Origin: Heterodontus francisci
Lineage: Eukaryota
NCBI RefSeq assembly: GCF_036365525.1
Contig: NC_090407.1
Location: 28,275,860-28,339,859, forward strand
Length of the DNA: 64,000 nt
Direction: 5' to 3'
Numbering within the stretch: position 1 is the stretch's first letter; the number at the start of each line of letters is the position of its first letter. The translations under genes and the position numbers were made by a program. The notes beneath the pieces were generated by a model. It saw only the letters and a list, made by a program, of their open reading frames with translations. It made no database searches and was not told the origin of the DNA. Shown here in pieces: positions 1-12,290 of this stretch.

Positions 1-594
1 CAGCCCATTGTGTCTGCACCAGCTTTCTGAATGAGCAATTCACCTAATGCCATTCCCCTGCCTTCTCCCTGTAACCCTGCACATTCTTTGTTTTCAGACA
101 ACAATCCAATTCCCTTTTGAATGCCTCAATTGAACCTGCCTCCACCACACTCTCAGGCAGTGCAGTCCAGATCCTAACCTCTCGCTGAGTGAAGAAGTTT
201 TTCCTCATGTTACTTTTGCCTTCTTTTGCCAATCACTTTAAATCTGTGCCCTCTGGTTATCAATCCTTTCAGGAGTGGGAACACTTTTTCCCTATCCACT
301 CTGTCCAGACCCCTCATGATTTTGAATACCTCTATCAAATCACCTCTCCGCCTTCTCTTCAAGGAAAACAGTCCCAACTTCTCCAATCTACCTTCATAAC
401 TGAAATTCCTCATCCCTGGGACCGTTCTCGTGAATCTTTTCTGCACTCTCTCCAAGGCCTTCACATCTTTCCTAAAGTGTGGTGCCTAAAACTGGACGCA
501 ATACTCCAGCTGAGGCCAAACTAGTGTCTTAAACAAGTTCAGAATAACCTCTTTGCTCTTGTACTCTATGCCCCTATTAATAAAGCCCAGGATA

Positions 595-1200
595 AAAGCA
601 AAATACTGCGGATGCTGGAAATCTGAAACAAAAACAAGAAATGCTGGATTCACTCAGCAGGTCTGGCAGCATCTGTGGAAAGAGAAGCAGAGTTAACGTT
701 TCGGGTCAGTGACCCTTCTTCGGAACTGACAAATATTAGAAAAGTCACAGATTATAAACAAGTGAGGTGGGGGTTGGGCAAGAGATAACAAAGGAGAAGG
801 TGCAGATTGGACCAGGCCACATAACTGACCAAAAGGTCACGGAGCAAAGGCAAACAATATGTTAATGGTGTGTTGAAAGACAAAGCATTAGTACAGAATA
901 GGTGTGAATATACTGAATATTGAACATCAGCAAGTGCAAACCTGAAGAAAAACAACCTGAAAAAAACAGTGGGTAAGCAAACTGAACAAACTAAGATGAA
1001 ATGAAATAAATGCAAAAAAAGATTGTAAAAAATGTAAAAAGGAATGCAAAAAAAAGGGAAGAAAAAATAACTAAAAATGACTAAAAATGAAAGTAAAGTG
1101 GGGGGCTGTCATGCTCTGAAATTATTGAACTCAATGTTCAGTCCGGCAGGCTGTAGTGTGCCTAATCGGTAGATGAGATGCTGTTCCTCGAGCTTGCGTT
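595..1200 (-). mobile_element. Penelope-like element 3' fragment (GIY-YIG C-terminus plus pseudo-LTR)
   Basis: Minus-strand peptide RKLEEQHLIYRLGTLQPAGLNIEFNNF, typical of the Penelope C-terminus. Terminal AAAGCAAAATACTGCGGATGCTGGAAATCTG is shared with copies at ~5625, 29144 and 53250. Possible 4-bp TSD GATA (591-594 / 1201-1204). Confidence 0.85.
691..727 (-). ncRNA. Minimal type I hammerhead-ribozyme-like motif in the Penelope pseudo-LTR
   Basis: Minus strand reads AGTT-CCGAAGA-A-GGGTC-ACT-GACCC-GAAAC-GTT-AACT: stem I AGTT/AACT, core C(C)GANGA, perfect stem II, GAAA, palindromic AACGTT stem III. Confidence 0.6.
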
Positions 1201-1452
1201 GATACTGCATGTCTTTATTAACCAGTCTCTCAACCAGTTCTGTCACCTTCAATGACTTCTGCGCATATATCCCCAGGTCCCTCTGTTCTTGCACCCCCTT
1301 TAGAGTTGTATCCTTTATGTTATATTGCCTCTCCATGTTCTTCCTACCAAAATGATTCACTTCACATTTCTCGACATGATCTTCATTTCCCACTTGGCTG
1401 CCCATTCCACCAGCTTGTCTATGTCTTTTTGAAGGTTTACACTATCCCCCTC

Positions 1453-2556
1453 TGAAGAAGGAATTTTCCTCCACACAAGATCAGGGGGCAGGTTGTTCAA
1501 CCTTGCCCGTCTAAGAGCGAAGTCCAAAGTACGGAAAGTCCTCATCAGAGAACTCCTCTTTGCTGACGATGCTGCTTTAACATCTCACACTGAAGAATGC
1601 CTGCAGAGTCTCATCGACAGGTTTGCGTCTGCCTGCAATGAATTTGGCCTAACCATCAGCCTCAAGAAAACGAACATCATGGGGCAGGATGTCAGAAATG
1701 CTCCATCCATCAATATTGGCGACCACGCTCTGGAAGTGGTTCAAGAGTTCACCTACCTAGGCTCAACTATCACCAGTAACCTGTCTCTAGATGCAGAAAT
1801 CAACAAGCGCATGGGTAAGGCTTCCACTGCTATGTTCAGACTGGCCAAGAGAGTGTGGGAAAATGGCGCACTGACACGGAACACAAAAGTCCGAGTGTAT
1901 CAGGCCTGTGTCCTCAGTACCTTGCTCTACGGCAGCGAGGCCTGGACAACGTATGCCAGCCAAGAGCGACGTCTCAATTCATTCCATCTTCGCTGCCTTC
2001 GGAGAATACTTGGCATCAGGTGGCAGGACTATATCTCCAACACAGAAGTCCTTGAAGCGGCCAACATCCCCAGCTTATACACACTACTGAGTCAGCGGCG
2101 CTTGAGATGGCTTGGCCACGTGAGCCGCATGGAAGATGGCAGGATCCCCAAAGACACATTGTACAGCGAGCTCGCCACTGGTATCAGACCCACCGGCCGT
2201 CCATGTCTCCGTTATAAAGACGTCTGCAAACGCGACATGAAATCGTGTGACATTGATCACAAGTCGTGGGAGTCAGTTGCCAGCATTCGCCAGAGCTGGC
2301 GGGCAGCCATAAAGACAGGGCTAAATTGTGGCGAGTCGAAGAGACTTAGTAGTTGGCAGGAAAAAAGACAGAGGCGCAAGGGGAGAGCCAACTGTGCAAC
2401 AGCCCCAACAAACAAATTTCTCTGCAGCACCTGTGGAAGAGCCTGTCACTCCAGAATTGGCCTTTATAGCCACTCCAGGCGCTGCTTCACAAACCACTGA
2501 CCACCTCCAGGCGCGTATCCATTGTCTCTCGAGATAAGGAGGCCCAAAAGGAAAGG
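1453..2556 (+). mobile_element. Young 5'-truncated RTE-clade LINE with an open ORF (1493-2500)
   Basis: RT motif ELLFADD, FTYLGS, C-terminal CxxCGR...IGLYSH. Perfect 14-bp TSD ACACTATCCCCCTC at 1439-1452 and 2557-2570. Confidence 0.95.
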
Positions 2557-2703
2557 ACACTATCCCCCTCACAGATCACAATTTGTCCAAGTTTCGTATC
2601 ATCCACAAATTTTGAAATTGTGCACTGTACACCAAAGTCTAGGTCATTAATATATGTCAGGCGCTATATAAATGCAGGTTCTTCCTTTAAGAGTAACACA
2701 AGC

Positions 2704-3770
2704 TGTTATGAGCTCAGTAAGATGTTAAATTACGAGATATGAACCCCCCACCCAGAACAATTTAAAGAATTACATAACAAAATTTCATGTTTTGAGAACT
2801 TACTAAAACAACTGAAGTAAAAGAAATCCCCATTAACTAACTGGTACTCTGTAAGTAGCTGATTCCCCAAATTACAAAGAAAGGTATTTTCTTTACTTCT
2901 TAAAACACTTGAAAACCTCACATTACACAGTCCTCCTTGATGGCAAAATCATTGCAGCTAAAAGTCCCAAACTCCTCCCAGTTGCAAGGGGTTGGATCTC
3001 CCAAACCCTTCACCAAGTAATTATCCTCTTCACACACTTCCCCTAGCACTTTTGACCTTGATAAAGGACCAATGTGCAGGATTACTGGAGAAGGTGGGGG
3101 AATTGGGACTAGGTGAATAGCTCATTTGGAAAGCTGGTGCAGATACAAGGGGCCAAATGGCCTCCTTCTCTGCTGTAATAATTCTGTGATTTCTATGCCC
3201 ATGAATAAGGCAATTCCTGGTGATCCTGTCAGTCTCTTTTCCGCAAACTTCAACTTTCAAAAACAGGTTCAAGTCTTCACAGTCTTTCGCTGTATCAGGC
3301 TTCCAAGAGCAGGTGATCCCTCTCTCTCCCTTGAGGCTGCACCACTGGTTTTCCTTCTCACAGCCTGTCTGCCTTCAGAAAATCTGTTGAATTTATCTGG
3401 AATCAAAAGTCAATAGCCCATTGTCTTTCTCCAATATGAAAAGTCCACAAGTCTGGCTTCAGCAGAGCCACCCAGGCTTTCCATTGTTTCCAGGTGTTAG
3501 CAGCTGCCGTGCACATTTACAGCCTCATAATCACTGATAACTTATTTACGATCTGACAGTCAGGGAGGGTGAAACCCATCGTTTTTCAGGTGTTATACCC
3601 CTGTGTTCTCTTCTTTTCGAAAAAGTCTTTGATCCAGGTTCTCTGTTGTCCTGGTAACCAAGATTCCTATTTTGGCTTTAAGCAGAGCAGATGTAAGGTC
3701 ACCTGACTTCTCTGACTCCATCTTAAACATTTAAAACATAATCATGTTACAAAGTCCAGCATTCAGAACA
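2704..3770. mobile_element. Probable old solo LTR, with a small CR1 tail fragment inside (~3075-3200)
   Basis: Termini TGTTATGA...TCAGAACA; flanks AAGC/GAGC (3 of 4 match). Confidence 0.45.
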
Positions 3771-4469
3771 GAGCATTCATTGATTCTTATTCTAATTCTT
3801 ATTCCCTCCCATTGCATTATTTTTTTACTTTTTTTTCTTTTCCTCCTCTCCTGAATGTGTTATGTCACACCAGGGCAGCCATGCCTGGAAGACCCATAGA
3901 GTGTCCTTGTGGATGACCATGCAGAGTTTTGGCAGCACTTTGGAACAGGCCAGCTGTCTGGCATTAAACAGGCAGCTTATTTCATCTCTGAGAAGGAAGG
4001 GAATTAACTTAAATCCAAATTCACAAGTCAAAAAATTCTAAATACTTACAACCAGAAGGAACTCAAACAGCGAATCTTAATGACTTTGTTGGCTTAGCAA
4101 TAAATATCCTATTATGATATGAGTTACTTAGCAACAATGGGTATCCAATTACGATATTATTAGCAACAGAGTATTATGTGATGTCATCAGTTATTTAACA
4201 AAATGTATCATGTTGTGATATCATTGACTTATTACTGGGGGATTATTTCATTTCGAGAGGACACCTCATCCAAAGGGTCATGATGCAATTTCATCTTTGT
4301 TGTGCCTGGGAATGAAGAAGAAAATCTTCCCTAATGATTTCGGGAAAGCAGAGGAGAAAATTAAAAGGGAGGGAGTCACATGAGTAACAAGATTATATGC
4401 ACATTAAAATGGAGTGGACAATATTTGGTTAACTGAATCAACATCCCAATGAGGATCTAGATACTTTAA

Positions 4470-4880
4470 AGAACTCACATTTATAAAGCACCTTTCACAT
4501 ATTCAGGACATCCCGAAGTGCTTTATAAACAACAAAGTATTTTGAAGTGCAGTTACCATCATGTGGAGACAAACATGGCAGCCCCACAATAAGGTCCTAC
4601 AAATAGCAATGAGCTGAATGACCAGTTAATCTACTTTTGGTGATGTGGTTACGGGAACAATGTTAGCTAGGACACTGGGACAACTCCCAAATAGTGCAAT
4701 GGGATCTTATATGACCATCTGAACCAGGTAAACAAGACCTTAGTGTAACATCCCATCAAAAAGACAATTTGTCTGGTATTGATTTGAAATGTTGGCCTAG
4801 ATTATGTACCTACATCCTGGAACGAGGCTCGAAACTACAACCTTCTAATGCAAAAGTGAGAGAGTATTACCAACTAAGCC
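4470..4880 (-). mobile_element. Deu-type tRNA-derived SINE (SacSINE1-like), diverged
   Basis: Reverse complement of the family at 10058 and 30520 (ACATTTATAAAGCACCTTTCA...GGACATCCC...TTTTGAAGTGCAGT). Confidence 0.65.
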
Positions 4881-4974
4881 AACAAATACTAGTCACTTAT
4901 GACTATTGTGTTGAAAAAAATCATCAATTGTGTCTGAGATACTTCAACGTGACAGAATGCTTACCTTGTGTTTG

Positions 4975-5160
4975 ATGGGTGGTGGAAGCAGATTCAATAG
5001 TAACTTTCAAAAGGGGATGGGATATATACTAGAAAAGGATAAAAAGTGCAGGGTTATGGGGAAAGAGCAGGAGAACGGGACGAATTGGATAGCTCTGCCA
5101 AAGGGCTATCACAGCACAATGGGCCAAATGCCCTGCTTCTGTGCTGTATGATTCTATGAT
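4975..5160 (+). mobile_element. CR1 LINE 3' tail fragment
   Basis: GGTGGTGGAAGCAGATTCAAT...ATGGGCCAAATG...TGTGCTGTATGATTCTATGATT tail. Confidence 0.7.
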
Positions 5161-5619
5161 TTCATTGTTTACATCCAGGGAAATGAATCATAGACAAAGA
5201 CAATTGAAATGCTGATTTTTCCATTCTGTATATTGAGGCAGTAAGTGAGAGGAGACAACTGGGAATGTGATCTCACTGAGATAACCATATAAATAATTTC
5301 ACAGAGCGGCAGGGAGTTGATTTACACCTGATTGCTTGTGAAATTCATGAGAAGGTCTGGGTGTAATTTCCCGTATGATCGAGGAATGCAGGCTTAACTT
5401 TGCTGGTTAGCCTGCTCAAATGGTAATCCTAGCTCCAAATTAATTCGTCTCTGGGGTCAGTGATATTAACTCTGTGTTTAAGTACCAGGGCACAACATGT
5501 GAAGGAGTTGTAGGTGTGACAAGGTCACTCAAATAGAAGGAAATCGAAACAGTAACAGTATGTATGATGTGTGTAATTAGCCACACTGGCAATTCATGCT
5601 GAGACAACAGAGTAATCAG

Positions 5620-6660
5620 ATACAAAAACAAAATACTGCGGATGCTGGAAATCTGAAACAAAAACAGAACATGCTGGAAATACACAGCAGGTCTGGCAGC
5701 ATCTGTGGAGAGAGAAGCAGAGTTAACCTTTCAGGTTGATAACCTTCCATCAGAACTGGAAGAAGTTAGAGAATTAACAGGCTTTAAGCAAGTACAGAGG
5801 CAGGGAAAGGGGAGGTGAGAAAGGTAAGAACAAAAAGGAAGGCCAGTGAAAGGGTGGAGGGCAGGAGTGATAAAACCACAAAAGGAATGATGGTGCAATG
5901 TCAGAGAGGGGGGCGGTAATGTAGCAATAAACAAACAAAAGATGGGTAAGGAGGTGTAAATAGCAACAGGAAAACTATTAGCGGTACCTGTCTGAGAAAA
6001 CAATAGTGCTGGTTATAATCTGAAGTTGTTGAACGCAATGTTGAGGCTGGAAGATTTTAAAGTTCCTCATTGAAAGGTGAGGTGCTATGCCTCAAGCTTT
6101 CATTGAGCTCCATTAAAACAGGGTAGGAGGCCAAGGACAAAGAGATCAGAGTGGGATTGAGGTGGAGAATTAAAATGACAAGCGACCAGCAGCTCAGGGT
6201 CACACGTACAGACGGAACAAAGGTCTTCAGCAAAGCAGTCGTCCAATCTGCATTTGGCCTCACCAATGTAGAGAAAACTGCATTGTGAGCAGTGCATACA
6301 GTGTAATAAATTGAAAGAAGTACAAGTAAATCACTATGTCATCTGCAAGGAGTGTTTGGGGCCCTGGATGTTGGGAAGGGAGGACGTGAAAGGGCAAGTT
6401 ATGCAACTTCTGTGCTTGCATGGGCAGGTGCCAGGGAAAAAGGGACTGGGCTTTGGGGATGATTGAATATTGGACCAGGGAGATCCATTGAATATGGAGG
6501 CTGATGAGTGAAAGGTGAGGACAAGGGGGACACTATCGTGGTTCTGGAAGGGAGGATAAAGGGTGAGAGCAAAGATGGAGGAACTGGGATAGTCACGATC
6601 AAGGGCATTGTCAACCTCTGTGGATAGGAATCCTCAGTCAAGGAAAAAGGAAGACATATT
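5620..6660 (-). mobile_element. Older Penelope-like element fragment with a decayed GIY-YIG endonuclease
   Basis: Minus ORF HCSQCSFLYIGEAKCRLDDCFAEDLCSV resembles the Penelope CxxC...YIGETKRRLxDRFAEHL motif. Same pseudo-LTR end as 595-1200; hammerhead-like motif at 5721-5757. Confidence 0.85.
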
Positions 6661-7004
6661 GTAACCAGTTTATTTGGATTTACAATGGCTCCATGTTGAA
6701 TGTTTCTCCATTGTTTCCATAGAGTAAGCAAACTGGACCTACAACTGTTCCAACAATGCTGACTGGGCACATGACACAAGAGAATTGACTAGTGCCAAAA
6801 GCCTTGCCTTTCTGGCCCCTCCATCCCCCTTTGATTGAGACATATTTCTTCGAGCACTGGACTTTTACCTGCCACAGGCATGTTGTGCTCCTGACCACTC
6901 CCCTCTATCCCACCCCCAGAAGCCATTTAAATACAGGCTGCCCCTTGGGGTGGGAGTTTATCTGCAGCAGGCCTCGTGCTGCCTGCAAAACTAAACGTCT
7001 TTTA

Positions 7005-7735
7005 GAATCATAGAGTCATTACGACACAGAAGGAGGCCATTTGGCCCATCGAGTCCATGCTGGCTCTCTGTAGAGCAATCCAATCAGTCCCATTCCCCTG
7101 TTCTATCCCTATAGGCCTGCAAGTTTATTTCTCTCAAGTGCCCATCCAATTTCCTTTTGAAATTGTTCATTGTCTCGGTTTCCACCACCCTTGTAGGCAG
7201 CGAGTTCCAGCTCATTACCACTCACTGCGTAAAAACATTCTTCCTCACATCCCCCCCTGCACCTCTTGCCCAAAACCTTAAATCTGTGTCCCCTAGTCCT
7301 TGAACCATTAGCTCTTTATCTAAACATGTCATAATCTTGTACACCTCTATCAAATCTCCCCTCAATCTCCTTTGCTCCAAGGAGAACAATCCCACCTTCT
7401 CCAAACTAACCTTGTAGCTAAAATTCCTCATCCCTGAACCATTCTGGAAAATCTCCTCTGAACCCTCTCAAGGACCCTCACATCCTTCCTCAAGTGTAGT
7501 GGCCAGAACTGGACGCAATACTCTAGTTGTGACCTAACCAGAGCTTTATAAAGTTTCAGAATAACTTTCCTGCTTTTGTACTCGATACCTCTATTTATGA
7601 AGCCCAAGATTCCATTTGTTTTCTAACTACTCTCACTATGTCCTGCCACCTTCAAACATCTATGCAGATGAACCCTAAGGCCCCTCTGTCCCTGTACACT
7701 CTTTAGTGCCATTAAGTCTATATTGCTTCACTGTA
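7005..7735 (-). mobile_element. CR1 LINE 3' fragment
   Basis: MRNFSYKVSLEKVGLFSLEQRRLRGDLIEVYKIM; tail (TAGAATCATAGAG). Confidence 0.85.
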
Positions 7736-8358
7736 TCTTTTCTCTGTACAAGCCCTGCTTGCCAAGTGGTTGTCCAGGCCCAGTTCCAAAACCCCCAGCA
7801 CTGTCCGGAGAGCACTGGAAGCCAGGGTGGAATGGGTGGCTCCAGCCTTCAAAGGATGCAAATTGTAGGAAACATGTTAGAAAATGTATTTCCCTGATTT
7901 TCACACCATTGGCATACTCCAGCCCACATATAGGTGATTGTGCCCACTCCCACTCGACCCAGGCACTGGGAAATAGGGAGAAACGCAATGAGAAGGGGAC
8001 ATGTTATTGAGCGACTGTTCACCCACACTCATTTGGGACCTGCTGAAAAATTGACGGAGGGCCAGTGAAAAGCTAAGGCCTAAAAAGTTTTAATAACTGG
8101 AGTGAAGCCCAGCATGTCGCCCACCAGGCCTGCTCTTTCCACAGCCTACATACATTCTGCCCTTTCATGGGCTCTACCCCACATAGTTAATGTTTTCAGG
8201 GTAAGTAATATACAAATGCCCACTGGTCCTCAAAGGGGATCAAGGAAACTCCAGATTATGTATCCACCCTTACATCTCCCTTAGCTGAAAGAATGAAAAT
8301 TAACATTTTAGAAACTTCCAGTTCAGCCAGTTCCGTAGAAACAAGAGAAAAAGCACTT

Positions 8359-8925
8359 GATTAGATTCCAACTTATAACTCACTCCTCGATATTCTTTAG
8401 AGAAACCAAATTACCCCTTCAATTAGATTCCAACTTATAACTCACTCCTGCATTTCCATTACTCTATCATCAAGCCATCCACTCCTTTGATTTAATTCTA
8501 GCCTGTAACTCACTCCCCAGCATCTGTTATTTTATATTTATTTAGAGATACAGCACTGAAACAGGCCCTTCAGCCCACCGAGTCTGTGCTGACCATCAAC
8601 CACCCATTTATACTAATCCTACACTAATCCCATATTCCTACCACCTACCTATACTAGGGGCAATTTATAATGGTCAATTTAGCTATCAACCTGCAAGTCT
8701 TTGGCTGTGGGAGGAAAGCGGAGCACCCGGCAAAAACCCACACGGTTCACAGGGAGAACTTGCAAACTCCACACAGGCAGTACCCAGAATTGAACCCGGG
8801 TCGCTGGAGCTGTGAGGCTGCGGTGCTAACCACTGTGCCACCCACCAATTCTTATAAGCCATCTGAATATCGCAGTCAGATTCCAGCCTGTAACTCACTC
8901 CCAGATATCCATTATTCTACATATA
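8359..8925. repeat. Degenerate ~62-bp tandem repeat (core TAGATTCCARCYTRTAACTCACTCC), 4 units, interrupted by a SINE
   Basis: Core seen at ~8361, 8423, 8492 and 8877. Confidence 0.7.
8530..8846 (-). mobile_element. HE1-like V-SINE
   Basis: Minus strand has a tRNA-like head GTGGCACAGTGGTTAGCACCGCAGCCTCACAGC...GGGTTCAATTC and the V-domain GTGTGGAGTTTGCAAGTTCTCCC. Close paralog at 42641-42960. Confidence 0.85.
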
Positions 8926-10057
8926 AATTGCCTGAGCTTGTTGATATCATCCACTGTGCTAATAGTTAGTCTCAAAGCCTTGTGACCAGGGAGTGGAAAA
9001 TCAGCTGGGGAATCTCCTAATTGCTGGCCAGAAACCCTTGCTGGAAAGTGTGCATGTCCAGCTGAGGACAGAATAGGCGTTTGACTATGATACTCCCCAC
9101 GGTCCAAAAGCTTGACAACGTTTACTATCTTGGCTCATACATGAAGAATGACCACCTCCGCTAAGTATCAGGGTATTCCCATGCCTGTGGGACCCACTTC
9201 CATCAACAGCTCTAGGAAAGCGTGCAGTAATGTGAAGTTAAATGAGGTTTCAGAATAATGTTGGCATAGGACAGGATAATGAGCATTTGAGCAAATTGCT
9301 GCATATGTCAAGGGTCTGTCGGGAGCGAATAAGTTAATTTTTTTTTAATAGAGAACCAGATGACAGCAACACCTGAAAATGTTCCCACAGTCTCTGTTCT
9401 GCTGGTAGAAAGGACTGAGAGCAGTTGGGTGGTATGTATGAAGGGCGGGCTGCCAGTGACAGCCGCACGATAAACCTTTTCATGTCAAGCACAGCAAATT
9501 ACTCACTCCCTGAAAGCTGAGTGGATTTGAGGGCAGAGTGACTTTCATTGAATGTCACAAGCACCAAGGTCAACACAGCCGAGAAACTGCTCCCGCAGTT
9601 TGAGTCTGTCACTGCTCTGTTTACACTGGCTAGCATCGCTGAATTAAAGGAACACTGCCTACGTGTGAATGGACTCCAATTAGCCCTGTTGAGAATGCCA
9701 GTTGTCACAGATGCACTCCATCGCTCTTGCTACCAGCTATAGTAGTTTCTAGGCGCACATCTCCGTGACGGCTCAAGAAAATCTTTATATTATGAGCTGG
9801 CTGATCTCAGCCGGCAGTTGAGCAATTGACCTCAGTGTTTCTGAGACTTCAATAACTTCAGGATAGGCAGAAGAGTGAAAAGGGGAGGAAACTATTCAAG
9901 ACCATGCCAGGAAGCTTCCAGATTCAATTCTTAGTCTTAGCTTGGAGCGATGGATGGGTTTAGAGGCACTACAATCTTCTCAGCTAGAGTCCCGGTTCCC
10001 GTTCAGGATCCAGTGACCTCTCCAGCTAAGAAGTGGCCACAGACAGACATTGGTATC

Positions 10058-10465
10058 AGCTGTGGCTCAGTTGATATCATTCTTGCTTTTGAGTGAGGGA
10101 AGTTGAGTGTTCAAGTCCCACGCCAGAGACTTGAGCACAAAGTCTAGTCTGATGTTCTAGTGCAATACTCAGTGAATGCTGTATTGTCAGTGGTGATGTC
10201 TTTCAGATGAGACATTAAACCAAGATCCCAGGTGGACATAGAGTTAAGCTCCTGTGCACTATTTTGAAGAAAAGCAGGGGAGTTCTTCCCTGTGTCCTGG
10301 ACAGCCCCTAAAACAGATTATACGGTCATTATCACACTGCTGTTTGTGGGATCTTGCTGTTACAAATTGGCTATGATGTTTCCTACATTACAACAGTGAC
10401 TACACTTCAAAAGTACCTCACTGACTGTAAAGTACTTTGGGGTGTGCTGCAGTCATTAAATATGC
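10058..10465 (+). mobile_element. Deu-type tRNA-derived SINE (SacSINE1-like)
   Basis: Head GTGGCTCAGTTG...GTTCAAGTCCCAC; body GATGAGACATTAAACC...GCTGTTTGTGGGATCTTGCTGT...ACAACAGTGACTACACTTCAAAAGTA. Confidence 0.8.
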
Positions 10466-11984
10466 CACTATTGAGTAAGGATAGGATAGGACTCAGCTGT
10501 AGTGCACCCCACAGTTGATCAGCCTTCTAAAGATTACTGTCTTGGCTCGCTCAAGAAGACATGTCCCTTTGGTGAGGTACAATTGTATTCCAGCAAAAGT
10601 AACCTGCTTCAGGAGAGGATGGAAGGAATTTGGGAGATGGAGAAGACGAAGACAAAGTGGAATACTCCAGGATGAGGTTTTACCCTGGAGGCCACATGAT
10701 GGAATCATCGCCCACAGTTAACTCTTCATTTTAAACTTTTAGAATTTGAACAATTATATTTTTAAAATGACAGACCAAAAACAGCAAACAATGCAAATTC
10801 GCAGCATGTCAGTCAACATTTGAAAGAGCTTTCCCCTGGTGAAAATCAGAGTCAGACCTGTAGAGGTGAGCTAACTCAGCACAGGCCAAGCATGGAACCT
10901 ATATTTCCTGGCCAGTATAACTCAGTGCTGCATTGGACGATACAGTCAATGAATTTCTTAAGCAGGAAGACCATCACTATCTCCTTTCAAAGGGTCTCCC
11001 ATTTATATTTGATTCCTGACTCACACACTGTAAATTAATCTCCCTCAGATGGGGTTTCTTCCGTAAGTGAATCTAGTCCAAACCTGTTGTGTTTGTTTTA
11101 AGACTGACTTTCTACTGAATTACAGCTGGATATAATGTGCTGAAATATTTAGGACTGGGTCATACTGAGTGAGTATTTGACTATTGAGAGTTGCCTTTGC
11201 TGATCATTATCCAATGAGCTTTACTACATAATGTATCTATACACGTATATATAATGTATGTGAGCAATCATTGGATGAGAACAGGATCCTTGAAAATTGC
11301 CATCCTTAGTAGGATTCCTTCACAATGGGAGGGAGGGAGGCAATAGGCAAAAAAAAGAAGCAAAGTCCTTGATTATTCCGAAGAAACAGTATAACTAACT
11401 TTTTGCCAACAACTTGCGCTTGTTGTTAAAGATATCCCAGGGACCTCACAGGTAGGGTTTTGAGAAGTTTTTAAAAGGAGACAAAGAGAGGTGGAAAGAA
11501 TTGGCAAACAAATCCATGTAGAAGGAGCCTGATGACTGAGGGCTCTGCCACTGATGGTGTTTGAACTTCTAGGTTAGGAAAGGGCTGTTTTTAGTGCTTT
11601 TGCCTCAATGGCGGATAACTCCTAAACATGAACACAAGGTTTGTTTTCTAACTGCTGTTTGACATCTATGCAATTAGAACATACTTTTTCAGCCTCAGAC
11701 TAGTGAATGTGGAACAGATTCCCAGCAACAGCAGTTTAGATTGAATCATTAACGCCTTCAAAAAGGAACCTGGATAAATACTTGGTTGGGAACGGGATTG
11801 GAGGTACAGACTGTGATGATCAAATACTCCATACAACATGATAATTCTTCTGCTAACAGGTTGGAAGATGGGAGAATGTTATTTAGTGGAGGGAGCAAAT
11901 CCAGTCTGAAAATGGAGATGAGGATGGAAGAACATTCTGGAGTTTTGTTTGGCTCCCACTGGGAATCAGGAAGTCTACATACAA

Positions 11985-12290
11985 TTACATGCACTTATTG
12001 TAGTAAAACATCCCAACATGATTCACAGGAATGTTTTCAAACAAAATTAGATACCAAGCCACATAAGGAGATGTTAGGACAAGTGACTGCAAACTTAGTC
12101 AGAGGTAGATTTTAAAGACCATCTTAAAGGAGGCAGGAGAGGTAGAGAGGCAGAGAGGCTAAGGGAGAGAATTGCAGAGCTTAGTGTCCAGGCAGCTTAA
12201 AGGGCAATGCCACCAATAGTGGAGTGATTAAAATCAGGGATGAGCAAGAGGTGCCAACTGGAGGAGTGGTTTGGAGGAACGCAGAGATGG
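11985..12290 (-). mobile_element. L2-clade LINE 3' fragment
   Basis: Reverse complement of the L2 tail at 56150-56535; further copies at ~25085-25330 and ~62040-62300. Confidence 0.65.

Larger units (their letters stand above)
1..2660 (-). mobile_element. CR1-type LINE 3' fragment, split by two nested insertions (Penelope 595-1200, RTE 1453-2556)
   Basis: Minus-strand ORFs give CR1 ORF2 C-terminal motifs (ALERVQKRFTRTVPG...RRRGDLIEVFKIMRG; FFTQREVRIWTALP; LQKDIDKLVEWAAKWEM). The sequence rejoins across both insertions. Confidence 0.9.

Noticed and set aside
1493-2500. 335-aa ORF as a domesticated RT gene
   Set aside because: It is bounded by a perfect TSD, 5'-truncated, lacks an ATG start and has a paralog in the window.
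8770-8846. tRNA genes (also near 10058, 30520 and 42900)
   Set aside because: The A/B-box sequences are SINE heads continuing into SINE bodies, with no complete cloverleaf.
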